Source: a virus
DNA length: 64,000 nucleotides
IMG/VR virus record: IMGVR_UViG_3300032047_000006
Coordinates: 1 to 64,000 of that record
Strand: one strand, 5' to 3'
In this document: positions 55,780-64,000 of the stretch, piece by piece
How positions within the stretch are numbered: the stretch's first letter is position 1
Layout: the number at the start of each line of letters is the position of its first letter
The notes under the pieces: model-generated
Databases searched by the model: none
What the model saw: the letters and a program-made list of their open reading frames with translations, nothing else
What the model was told of the DNA's origin: nothing
Position numbers and translations under genes: made by a program

Positions 55780-58700
55780 TGGCGCTTACTGAAAAAGAAA
55801 TTTTAGACTCAATCGTTCCCAATATCGAGATAGACAAGATAACATTGGAGTCACCAAAGGATGAAGATTCAGATGGGCTCTTGGTTACTGCAAGTTTTGT
55901 AGTATACGATGTTGTTGATAAAGACGATATAAGCATGTTCTTTGCAGCAGAAGAGTTCGAGAAATACACCAATATTAATATCGAGCGATCATTTGGGCAC
56001 CACATGCTCAGTCGGAAGCGAAACCACACATCGAGCCTAAGTGAAGTTTTTACAGAAGAGAACCATTATGAGACAACTCCCTTATCAGATGGGAGAACGT
56101 TGAAGAAGTTCAAGTTCACAAGAATATTTAACTTCGATAAAGCCCCACTAGAACTAGTCATAACGGCACGCTCATATATAAATACGGCACAGATAGAGGA
56201 AGATATGGGCTTGACACCCGATACATTCAAGCTCCCACTGTCGGCATCTATAAAAGAAGAAAAACAAGTTGTGTTGAAAAAAGGGCAGGTAATTTCAACT
56301 ACCACTTCCTATATTTACTATGACGCAAATGGCAGAGAAATAAAGTGGAATGGCACTCGCCACGAGATGCTCGACACCCAGGGCAATGTAATAGGTTATA
56401 TGACAGGGGCAAATCACACAGAAGAATCATTTGACTTGCAAGAAAAGGTGGAAAGAAACGACAAAATTCAAGACTTTAGGGCGAGAGGCTCTTTGTCAAG
56501 GTTTGAATTTGATAGCTCTAGCCTGATGACTGAATTATCAAATATCGAACACCAAGCTTTACGCCGTGTATCTGAATTAGAAGCTGAATCAAATAATGTC
56601 ACGACAGAGTTGTGGACAACAAGAGGTATATCAGGAGATGCCAGGTTTATGATGGCTCTAGACATAAAAGAATTGATAAGAAAGAAAAGCGAATACCGCC
56701 GCTACCACGATTCTTTTAGTCCCGAAGTCTTTGATCAGCTCGCTTCCAGCGCCGAAGTTAGATATGTGAAGGTGCGAAGAAAGAGGGTAAAGACAACGAG
56801 GACTCCGTCAGGGATTCTAGTTTCAGATTTTTCAGATAGATCCGAAGATAAAATAATTGTGGAAACTTTTAAAAAACCCAATCAACCTTTCCAGGAAATA
56901 AGAAATGAATCCGCAGGAATAAAACAGGTGGACATAGAACAAGATGATTTAGTTTTTCTAACAGGCACAGACTTTGAAATGTCAGAGATCACTGACGGGT
57001 TATATTCCTATGGCTACGAGATTAGCGTAATTGATCCAACAAAGAGTTATATTGAGAACGAAATAATTGAGCTTCAAAGTTATCTAAGTGTGCTGGAATC
57101 TTTTTATGAAAAATCCATCTCTCCAAGAAACTACGACAGAATGACAAACAGGTATACAAATAAGTATTCGAGAGAAATGCAAGGTATGATGCATGTACAG
57201 TTCGATGGTGATGAACTAAGAACAGAAGAGTTCATGAAGGCTTCAGCTATCAAGTATTTAACAGTATTCCGCATGTTCGCAAGTGAATATTTTAAAAACC
57301 CTTCAGCAGCTTGGTCGCTTTCCTCAGGACTATTGGGTATAGCAAGATCAACAACGACATCTCCAGAACCAGTTCAATTCCTCATAGATATTTATAATTC
57401 TCTCATTAATCGCTTGTCATCGATTGTAGGACTAAAAAGGAGCACTATCGCAGGCACAGAGAGAGATTCATCGACATATAGTTTTAAATCATCTATGGAG
57501 CTTGAGTTGACGTCTTCAAGATTTTACGAAGAGCTAGACTCACTATTTGACTCGAACGTTCCAAAGAGAAGCGGAGTAGATTATCTTCACGATCCAAGTA
57601 TTGAATTTGAAGAAGCGAGAGAATTGTCCCAAGAATCACAAACGATCGGACTTAGAGATATATCAGGAGCCCAGTGGGAGCCACGGCAGAGAGCCGAGAT
57701 AAGTAGATTCTTTTCGTCAGCCACCCCGGAGATAAGAATTCCATATATTGCAACTGAGAATAACCCCTTGCCCTTTTCTATGTCAGCAGCAGGCACTGAA
57801 GTATTGACACCAACAGTTTTTTTACAAAACTCAAACGTCCTTCAGAACAATGTAGAGTCACCAGTAATGACTGAGAGAATAACCGAGGTATATGCCCAAG
57901 CAATGGATCATGTTTCAGGCATGAGATTGCCAGGAGAACAGGTACCACCGCTACGGGCATCATCTTCTCCATCAACACCATCATTTGCAAATTTGTTCTC
58001 CACATTCAATGTGACGTTTGACAACACGCACCAACTCACATCAATATTGGAGCAAAATCCGATATCAGCATCCCTTGAGAAAGTATTCGAATCTTGCCTG
58101 ACAAAGCAACTCCTCGATGAGATAGATCCTTTGCATGGGTGGGAGAAAGATTCAGAAACGGGAGAGAGATTAACTACGCCAGAGCCTGATAGAGAAGTTG
58201 CCATAGATTTCGATATATCCCGCCATGCCTTCAGGAGAATTAGAACTAGCCTATTTAATCAATCAAACGCCCGAAGAGCCGGTATGCCATTGCCCCCCAT
58301 GCCCCACATCCGTCCTGATCTTGAAGATCCAGGTTATATGAGAAGCCCCTTCGAAAGATTTAATCTTGCCCCCGAGTCCGCACAAAACTCTTATATTTCA
58401 GACGTCCCTGCCGCTCAACAGCAAGAGTACTTTCAATCATTGCCTACTCAAATAAAAGCTATATTTGCAGCAACATTGCCAAATCAACAGGAATCAGTCG
58501 TTAAGAGTTTTAGATTCCTTGAGAACAACAACACCTCGGGGCACTATGAAGTTAATCTTGGGTTTATGGCAAGTATTGAATATCTATCCTCTTTCGATCG
58601 CATTAGTTCGAAAAAATCAAACCTCTTTTCTGGACAAGCTAATACCAGTCCAAGAAAGCCGAATCTCAAAAAGCCAAGATGGAGTCCGCTGACTATAGAC

Positions 58701-59543
58701 GCCTATGCTGAAAATAGGGAAAAGAAGCTTATATGTAGAATAAAGAGGGCACATTACGAAGATCTAGGAATAAGAACCAGCGACTTCGGCATACCTATTT
58801 ATAATGAATATTTTTTGATAACCCCTCCAAGAAATTATAGATTACCTGAATCAGCATACCGCAGCGTCGCAACGTCACGAAGACAGCAGCAGACGGAGGA
58901 TAGAATACTTGCAGAATCACTATCGAGGATAGATACAGAGCAAGAGGTGACACAAGAGAGAGCTAGGATTCATAGAGAACTGGCACGCCTACGCTCGTTA
59001 CTGCTTGAGCTTAAATCAGACAGAGAAAGATTTATCATACAGAGGGATCAAGCATCAAATTATTTATCCATTCTTCGCCAGAATGTAACGAGCTTTGAAA
59101 ACAGAAGGGAGATAAGCAGGACAGAGACGGAGCTTGAAAATTTTAAAACATTGATTGCAAATATTGAACCAGACATTGAAGAGACGGAAGATATGATTAA
59201 TGCAATTGAAAGCTCCTTATCAGAAGCTACACTGACATCTATTGAAACCTTAGAGGAGTTGTCAGAGCCAGTTCGGGAGCTACAGTCAGAGCGCCAGCGA
59301 TTGAGAGAAGAGATTGACAGCGAATCGAGAAGCATAGCTCGTCTTGAGGATTTAAGACGTGAAATATTTAATGATCCAGGTAGTCATGTGCGGAGAGACA
59401 CCACTTTAAGACTGACAGACGATGCTCAATTTCAATATGATTATCACTATTCTGAGATCCGCCGCATCACCGACGAAGAGATTGTTCCCCGTCAACGCCG
59501 GGTTTTGGAGATAAGCAGGATACTTGATGATGGAATGGCATGA
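55773..59543 (+). CDS. Large putative structural protein with C-terminal coiled coil
   Basis: 1256-aa ORF in the structural operon (start 55773 or 55779). Confidence 0.65.
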   Translation: MLMALTEKEILDSIVPNIEIDKITLESPKDEDSDGLLVTASFVVYDVVDKDDISMFFAAEEFEKYTNINIERSFGHHMLSRKRNHTSSLSEVFTEENHYETTPLSDGRTLKKFKFTRIFNFDKAPLELVITARSYINTAQIEEDMGLTPDTFKLPLSASIKEEKQVVLKKGQVISTTTSYIYYDANGREIKWNGTRHEMLDTQGNVIGYMTGANHTEESFDLQEKVERNDKIQDFRARGSLSRFEFDSSSLMTELSNIEHQALRRVSELEAESNNVTTELWTTRGISGDARFMMALDIKELIRKKSEYRRYHDSFSPEVFDQLASSAEVRYVKVRRKRVKTTRTPSGILVSDFSDRSEDKIIVETFKKPNQPFQEIRNESAGIKQVDIEQDDLVFLTGTDFEMSEITDGLYSYGYEISVIDPTKSYIENEIIELQSYLSVLESFYEKSISPRNYDRMTNRYTNKYSREMQGMMHVQFDGDELRTEEFMKASAIKYLTVFRMFASEYFKNPSAAWSLSSGLLGIARSTTTSPEPVQFLIDIYNSLINRLSSIVGLKRSTIAGTERDSSTYSFKSSMELELTSSRFYEELDSLFDSNVPKRSGVDYLHDPSIEFEEARELSQESQTIGLRDISGAQWEPRQRAEISRFFSSATPEIRIPYIATENNPLPFSMSAAGTEVLTPTVFLQNSNVLQNNVESPVMTERITEVYAQAMDHVSGMRLPGEQVPPLRASSSPSTPSFANLFSTFNVTFDNTHQLTSILEQNPISASLEKVFESCLTKQLLDEIDPLHGWEKDSETGERLTTPEPDREVAIDFDISRHAFRRIRTSLFNQSNARRAGMPLPPMPHIRPDLEDPGYMRSPFERFNLAPESAQNSYISDVPAAQQQEYFQSLPTQIKAIFAATLPNQQESVVKSFRFLENNNTSGHYEVNLGFMASIEYLSSFDRISSKKSNLFSGQANTSPRKPNLKKPRWSPLTIDAYAENREKKLICRIKRAHYEDLGIRTSDFGIPIYNEYFLITPPRNYRLPESAYRSVATSRRQQQTEDRILAESLSRIDTEQEVTQERARIHRELARLRSLLLELKSDRERFIIQRDQASNYLSILRQNVTSFENRREISRTETELENFKTLIANIEPDIEETEDMINAIESSLSEATLTSIETLEELSEPVRELQSERQRLREEIDSESRSIARLEDLRREIFNDPGSHVRRDTTLRLTDDAQFQYDYHYSEIRRITDEEIVPRQRRVLEISRILDDGMA

Positions 59544-59562
59544 GTCTATAATTTTCTTGAAC

Positions 59563-59571
59563 CTATTTATA
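59563..59571 (+). promoter_or_regulatory. Putative late promoter
   Basis: CTATTTATA upstream of 59601. Confidence 0.7.
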
Positions 59572-59600
59572 CTTAAAGAATCATCACGGATAAAGGTAAT

Positions 59601-61910
59601 ATGAAGAAGAAAGCCGACAAATCAGCAGACAAATTGTTCGTCGTAGAGCGAGAAAATTCATCAGCAGAAATAGACGATGGACAGCCACGTGATATGGTTC
59701 GACACCTTAACAATTCATATTGGACAAACCTTGATCCAAGAGCACAGTCAGCCGGTAGGAATGATTTGTATAAGAATTCCTATGGCTCACTCTTTAGAAG
59801 CAATTTTTCACCCGAAAACCCGGACGGCATAACTGAGATCGTGATGACGAAGCATCGTTTTTCTGATAAAACTGCATTCAACAAATCCAAAGCGAAGCTT
59901 AATCAATTTCTATCACTACACAACGGCGCAACATTTATGGATCATGCTGCTGAGTTTAATGTTTATGAATCGAGTAGTAATGAGCGGGAGAGTGCCATCG
60001 GCGTTCTAAATCTCTACGCCACCATCGAGCCAAGTTATAATTTTCTATCGGAGAGGTACGAAGACTTGTTGGCAGAACAGGAAGGAATACCAGATCACAC
60101 CCTTCCGAGTATTTATAACTTTTTATTAAATCAGGATACTCCCACCGCAGAAATACAGACGATATTAAGCCAAAACGGAAAAATAAAAGTACCATCTCAA
60201 CCTTCTAGCCCTGAAGGGCAACAATTTGCACCGATAGATTCATACTATCAACAGTGGGCATTGAATTGGAGAGATTGGCGCAACAGCGGCGCATATAATC
60301 AGACTAAGCAAAAGATGAGATCTATATTCTTTACAAAAGATGATATGTCAAGATTAAATGATATTGCAAAATATAAGGAATTATTCCCAATGTTTGTGGA
60401 GATAGAGTTTAATACTGAGTTTGAGTCAGGGCTCGGAACGACACTCTCCGAAACAAAATACACGGAGTCTATAAAGAGTTATATGGAGTTTGAGCCACAT
60501 GCGAGCACTATAAACACATACGAGGTATCCAAGCTGATAAACGATGATGAATTAATAGAAGGCAACGACGTCGCCGCACGTGACAACTCCAGCATTGCAC
60601 TTGAGACAAGAAAATTTTACGATATTTCAGATCTGTTCGAAAACTCTTCGAATTTAAACGCTCAAATCGGTAGTAGCCACTATTTCTCAGATAATGTTAG
60701 GCAACCATTTTCAGATTATAAAGCTTATTATACTATGATGGCTATCATAACAAAAGCGAAAACTGAAGCGATTATAAGAAATAACCAAAGAACTTTTGAG
60801 GAAATCTTCAACGGAAAGTTGTGCCACTCAGAGACAGTAATGTACATCGTTAGGAAATATAACTCATCGGAGGAGTTGATTCAAACGTATCACTTTGCAA
60901 ATATCGAAGGTATGGATAAGATAAAGTTTATTGATACCCAGGTGAAATACGAGAAAGAGTATCGATATGACATATCGGCAGTCAAGATAGTACTCGGCGC
61001 AGAATATACTTATGAGAGGATCCCTGAAACCGGACTCCAACGGGGTACAACCCACCGCCCCCAGCAGCCATCCGATGAGGATATTCGCATAAGGGTTAGG
61101 AACAAGCCCTCAACAAAATTAATAGAGATCCCATTGATGAGTAAAGAAGTTAAGATAATGGACAGCCCACCACTGCCCCCTGCCTTTCTTCCAATACCAT
61201 TAAAGGGTATCAACAACCGAATGCGCTTTTTCTTAAATTCCGCCCCCGGCAGAGCGTTTCTTAAACCCCTGCCCCTGACAGAATTAGAGTCGGCTAGAAT
61301 CGACTTCATAAAGAATGCAAAGGACAATTCAAGTGAAGAGGTGTATTTTGAAACTGATGATACAGTGGATACATTCTTTATCTATAGGCTAGAGTCACCG
61401 CCTTCGTCCTACAAAGACTTCATTACTGGTGGGAAAGAAATGAAGATTAAGACGTCACTAGGCGGAACATCTTCAAGCTCGGGAGCTATTGAGGACAAGC
61501 TCATTCCTAATAAACGATACTATTATATGGCACGATGCAGAGACATTCACGAGAATTATTCAAACCCGACAGAAGTATACGAAATCGAATTGGTAGATGA
61601 CGCAGGTTCAACATACCCTGTAATCCGACAATTCGAGTTTAAAACTGTCGAAAATAGAACACCAGTTAAACCGGCAAAGAGATTCATACACATATCTCCT
61701 ACGACATTCCAGTCCACGGTAAACATGGAGAAGTCCAATATAGCGTCTGATGATTCTCCAAAGATTAACCAAAACCTCGTTCTCGGCAATGAAGAAGAGT
61801 CTCTATGGGGTAAAAAGTTCAAAATAAGACTGACAAGTAAATCTACAGGGAAGAAGGTGGATTTTAACTTTACTTTTAGTCACGAGCCAAAGATACAAAC
61901 AGAAATATAA
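59601..61910 (+). CDS. Putative structural protein with FN3-like domains
   Basis: 'FIDTQVKYEKEYRYDISA', 'IEDKLIPNKRYYYMAR'; late motif at 59563. Confidence 0.65.
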   Translation: MKKKADKSADKLFVVERENSSAEIDDGQPRDMVRHLNNSYWTNLDPRAQSAGRNDLYKNSYGSLFRSNFSPENPDGITEIVMTKHRFSDKTAFNKSKAKLNQFLSLHNGATFMDHAAEFNVYESSSNERESAIGVLNLYATIEPSYNFLSERYEDLLAEQEGIPDHTLPSIYNFLLNQDTPTAEIQTILSQNGKIKVPSQPSSPEGQQFAPIDSYYQQWALNWRDWRNSGAYNQTKQKMRSIFFTKDDMSRLNDIAKYKELFPMFVEIEFNTEFESGLGTTLSETKYTESIKSYMEFEPHASTINTYEVSKLINDDELIEGNDVAARDNSSIALETRKFYDISDLFENSSNLNAQIGSSHYFSDNVRQPFSDYKAYYTMMAIITKAKTEAIIRNNQRTFEEIFNGKLCHSETVMYIVRKYNSSEELIQTYHFANIEGMDKIKFIDTQVKYEKEYRYDISAVKIVLGAEYTYERIPETGLQRGTTHRPQQPSDEDIRIRVRNKPSTKLIEIPLMSKEVKIMDSPPLPPAFLPIPLKGINNRMRFFLNSAPGRAFLKPLPLTELESARIDFIKNAKDNSSEEVYFETDDTVDTFFIYRLESPPSSYKDFITGGKEMKIKTSLGGTSSSSGAIEDKLIPNKRYYYMARCRDIHENYSNPTEVYEIELVDDAGSTYPVIRQFEFKTVENRTPVKPAKRFIHISPTTFQSTVNMEKSNIASDDSPKINQNLVLGNEEESLWGKKFKIRLTSKSTGKKVDFNFTFSHEPKIQTEI

Positions 61911-61946
61911 TTTTTTTAGGTTTAAGGTTTTATTTCAATAATAAAA

Positions 61947-61955
61947 CTAATTATA
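61947..61955 (+). promoter_or_regulatory. Putative late promoter
   Basis: CTAATTATA upstream of 61975. Confidence 0.7.
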
Positions 61956-61974
61956 ATGCGGAGGATAGAACAAA

Positions 61975-62946
61975 ATGGCATTTTTAGACAATTCAGGCGA
62001 CATCATTCTTGACGCAGTTTTAACTGACACGGGCAGAATGAGATTAGCAAAAGGCGACGGTTCTTTTAGAGTGGTAAAGTTTGCACTCAGTGATGACGAG
62101 ATCGACTACGAACTTTTTAACAAATCACATCCTAGTGGTTCGGCTTATTACGACTTGGAGATCATGCAGACTCCTGTCTTGGAGGCATTTACTAATAATA
62201 CCTCCACAATGAAGCATAAACTGATGTCAATGCCACAGACTAACTTGATATATCTTCCTTCTATGAAACTAAACAATCAGGTAGAAGGTACTAAGTCCGC
62301 ACAGATTACGTTCCAGGCTGGATCTTCATCAGTCGTCCAAAACATCGACAACGCCACCGCCGCCGAAGGTGGAATTTTTATGGTTGCAGTCGATAAGAGC
62401 ACCTATGACGCCACCGGCCCCCAACCTGGGCTGATTGCTGGATCATTTGAACAAAATCAGCAGGGCAAGTCGATTAGAGTGGATCAGGGCTTGAACACCA
62501 CGGCTATCTCATCCCAATCACCACTGTCATCCGAATTGAGAGAGACACAATATATTGTCAGGCTAGACAGCAGATTCCTGTCACTTGCACCAGTTGGCTC
62601 TAATGAGCCAGCAAAGGTTTCATTTATTGATGATGATTCAGTTGCAACATATTACCTCTCTCTCAACACTGATACTGAATATGTGGCGAACATGAGCAGT
62701 GACGAGACAGAGAGTGTAATTTCCGGACCAAAGGGAAGTAATATTAAGTTTTCTCTCCTGTCATCTTTAGACTTGGAGACGAGTTCACACATGTTTACCA
62801 CGCTCGGCGGAAGCTCAAGTATGCAGATCACCACTGACGGCACCGCAAAGAATTACTACTATATCGATACAAATGTGAGAGTTACGGGCGCTACCACAGG
62901 AAGCACCGTTGACATTCCTGTTAGATTGATGAAGCACTATACATAA
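61975..62946 (+). CDS. Virion (baseplate/tail) structural protein
   Basis: MAFLDNSGDIILDAVLTDTGR..KFALSDDEIDY..TPVLEAF; RBS GGAGG; late motif at 61947. Confidence 0.75.
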   Translation: MAFLDNSGDIILDAVLTDTGRMRLAKGDGSFRVVKFALSDDEIDYELFNKSHPSGSAYYDLEIMQTPVLEAFTNNTSTMKHKLMSMPQTNLIYLPSMKLNNQVEGTKSAQITFQAGSSSVVQNIDNATAAEGGIFMVAVDKSTYDATGPQPGLIAGSFEQNQQGKSIRVDQGLNTTAISSQSPLSSELRETQYIVRLDSRFLSLAPVGSNEPAKVSFIDDDSVATYYLSLNTDTEYVANMSSDETESVISGPKGSNIKFSLLSSLDLETSSHMFTTLGGSSSMQITTDGTAKNYYYIDTNVRVTGATTGSTVDIPVRLMKHYT

Positions 62947-62966
62947 TATAAAGAGGATAATATAAA

Positions 62967-64000
62967 ATGGCATCAACATATAAAACGTTTTTAAGTGACG
63001 ACGTCGCATCAACAAGGACGCTACTGCACGAAGCAATTCCAATTACGGGATCTATCATCTATGGAACGTATGGCACCCTCGCTGCCAACAATGAGACTCA
63101 CGTAAAGAAATTTGGACACGGAATGTTTCAGTCAGTATATGATTATGCATATCAATCCTCTTCGGCAAATCACATCTTTGATTTAACACACGGACACAAT
63201 ACTGAATATGCTACTCAGGGAGTGACTAGCACTCAATCTGACGGAGCCAACTATGACGGTAACGCAAGCCTTGCAAATATAACCTCACACGATTATTTTT
63301 CTAAAAGAAAGAATGTGTATAATCAGATGGCACAGATCTTATCGGGACATAAAGTGGACGGCTCAATTCGTGACTTTGATAGAGACGGAGATCTCGTGGG
63401 CACTGCGGGTAATTATAACGCCCTAATTTTCATGAACTTCGCCAGGTTGCTAGGAAAAGACGAAATTAAGAAAGGCTCCTTTTCAATAGAGTTGGGCGCA
63501 ACTACCACATACGATGCAACCCATGCAAACATGCATGCTGATGTACTCACCATAACAGACGCACACGCCACTAGTGATTATAAAATAAATTCCCCAGCAG
63601 GTGAATATGGAATCTTAAAGGCATCATCCGGCGGCGCTCTTCATGCCAGTGCAAACGTGAACTGCGGATTGATATATTACCAAGCAGGCATTGTAGCATT
63701 AACCCCAGATGTCTTCATGGCATATGCAAACGGAACATATAATGAAGGTAAGCTTGATACAGGAGATGCTGGCATCTCAGGGAATGCTGAAATGACAGCT
63801 ACCCAGGACATCTTAGCCCTCATAAATAATAACACTAATGAGACTATGGATGAGGTATCTGACGCATTGAGACAAAGAATTAAGAACGTTTCTTTTAGCA
63901 ACACAACAGAGCTTAATTCAACTATTTATTTCTGTAGAGTCGGACACAATGACTTTAATTATAGTACAAACCCAACCTATCTTGAGGACAGCAAGATTCG
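62967..64000 (+). CDS. Virion structural protein, truncated at window end (not in ORF track)
   Basis: RBS GAGGA; MASTYKTFLSDDVASTRTLLHEAIPITG...; in frame with NTTELNSTIYFCRVGHNDFNYSTNPTY at the window end. Confidence 0.8.
   Translation, partial: MASTYKTFLSDDVASTRTLLHEAIPITGSIIYGTYGTLAANNETHVKKFGHGMFQSVYDYAYQSSSANHIFDLTHGHNTEYATQGVTSTQSDGANYDGNASLANITSHDYFSKRKNVYNQMAQILSGHKVDGSIRDFDRDGDLVGTAGNYNALIFMNFARLLGKDEIKKGSFSIELGATTTYDATHANMHADVLTITDAHATSDYKINSPAGEYGILKASSGGALHASANVNCGLIYYQAGIVALTPDVFMAYANGTYNEGKLDTGDAGISGNAEMTATQDILALINNNTNETMDEVSDALRQRIKNVSFSNTTELNSTIYFCRVGHNDFNYSTNPTYLEDSKI

Larger units (their letters stand above)
1..64000. mobile_element. Segment of a large lytic myophage (jumbo-type) genome
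   Basis: gp25-like and gp6-like baseplate genes, gp55-like sigma factor, PhoH, MoxR/VWA pair, giant structural ORFs; no bacterial housekeeping genes; near-unidirectional dense coding. Confidence 0.95.

Noticed and set aside
33460-59543. Inteins or diversity-generating retroelement repeats in the giant ORFs
   Set aside because: No intein splice motifs or LAGLIDADG blocks, no reverse transcriptase, and no adenine-variant repeat pair seen
699-63904. Many short - strand and out-of-frame ORFs in the track (e.g. 25780..26454, 35550..36131)
   Set aside because: They shadow well-supported + strand genes and lack RBS, promoter or recognisable motifs
1-64000. Alternative genetic code (TAG or TGA recoding, as in some large phages)
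   Set aside because: ORFs up to 3842 aa are intact in code 11, and TAA, TAG and TGA all end genes directly before new starts

Overview
A 64-kb segment of a large (jumbo-type) tailed dsDNA myophage genome. It is densely coding, uses the standard genetic code and is almost entirely on the + strand; a trypsin-like lipoprotein protease is the only credible - strand gene. Layout: (i) 1-3.1 kb, early genes under sigma70-type promoters, including a MoxR AAA+ ATPase and a metallopeptidase-VWA partner; (ii) 3.1-20.7 kb, accessory genes (DEDDh exonuclease, HAD nucleotidase, zincins, Hc1 histone-like protein, small KOW/SH3-like proteins) mixed with acidic putative internal-head proteins, including a 986-aa ligase-like/HIGH-NTase/ParB-like/RNase-like multidomain protein; (iii) 20.8-30.9 kb, DUF2827, HNH, protease, PIN-PhoH, Cas4/RecB-like nuclease, two glycosyltransferases and a gp55-like late sigma factor; (iv) 31-64 kb, a contractile-tail baseplate module (hub with M15 peptidase, spike, gp25, gp6, 2014-aa and 3842-aa proteins). 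Two promoter classes can be read from the DNA: TTGAC-N17-TAnnnT (early, often followed by a GTGGTTRGGAG leader) and CTAHTTA (putative late, about 18 sites). Highlights: a terminator loop complementary to the early-gene leader/RBS, two promoter-bounded structured ncRNA candidates, a G/C-run palindrome block at the early/late border, a nested in-frame gene with its own promoter and RBS, and a probable protease-processed virion cargo system. All family assignments come from motif recognition by eye; no searches were run.
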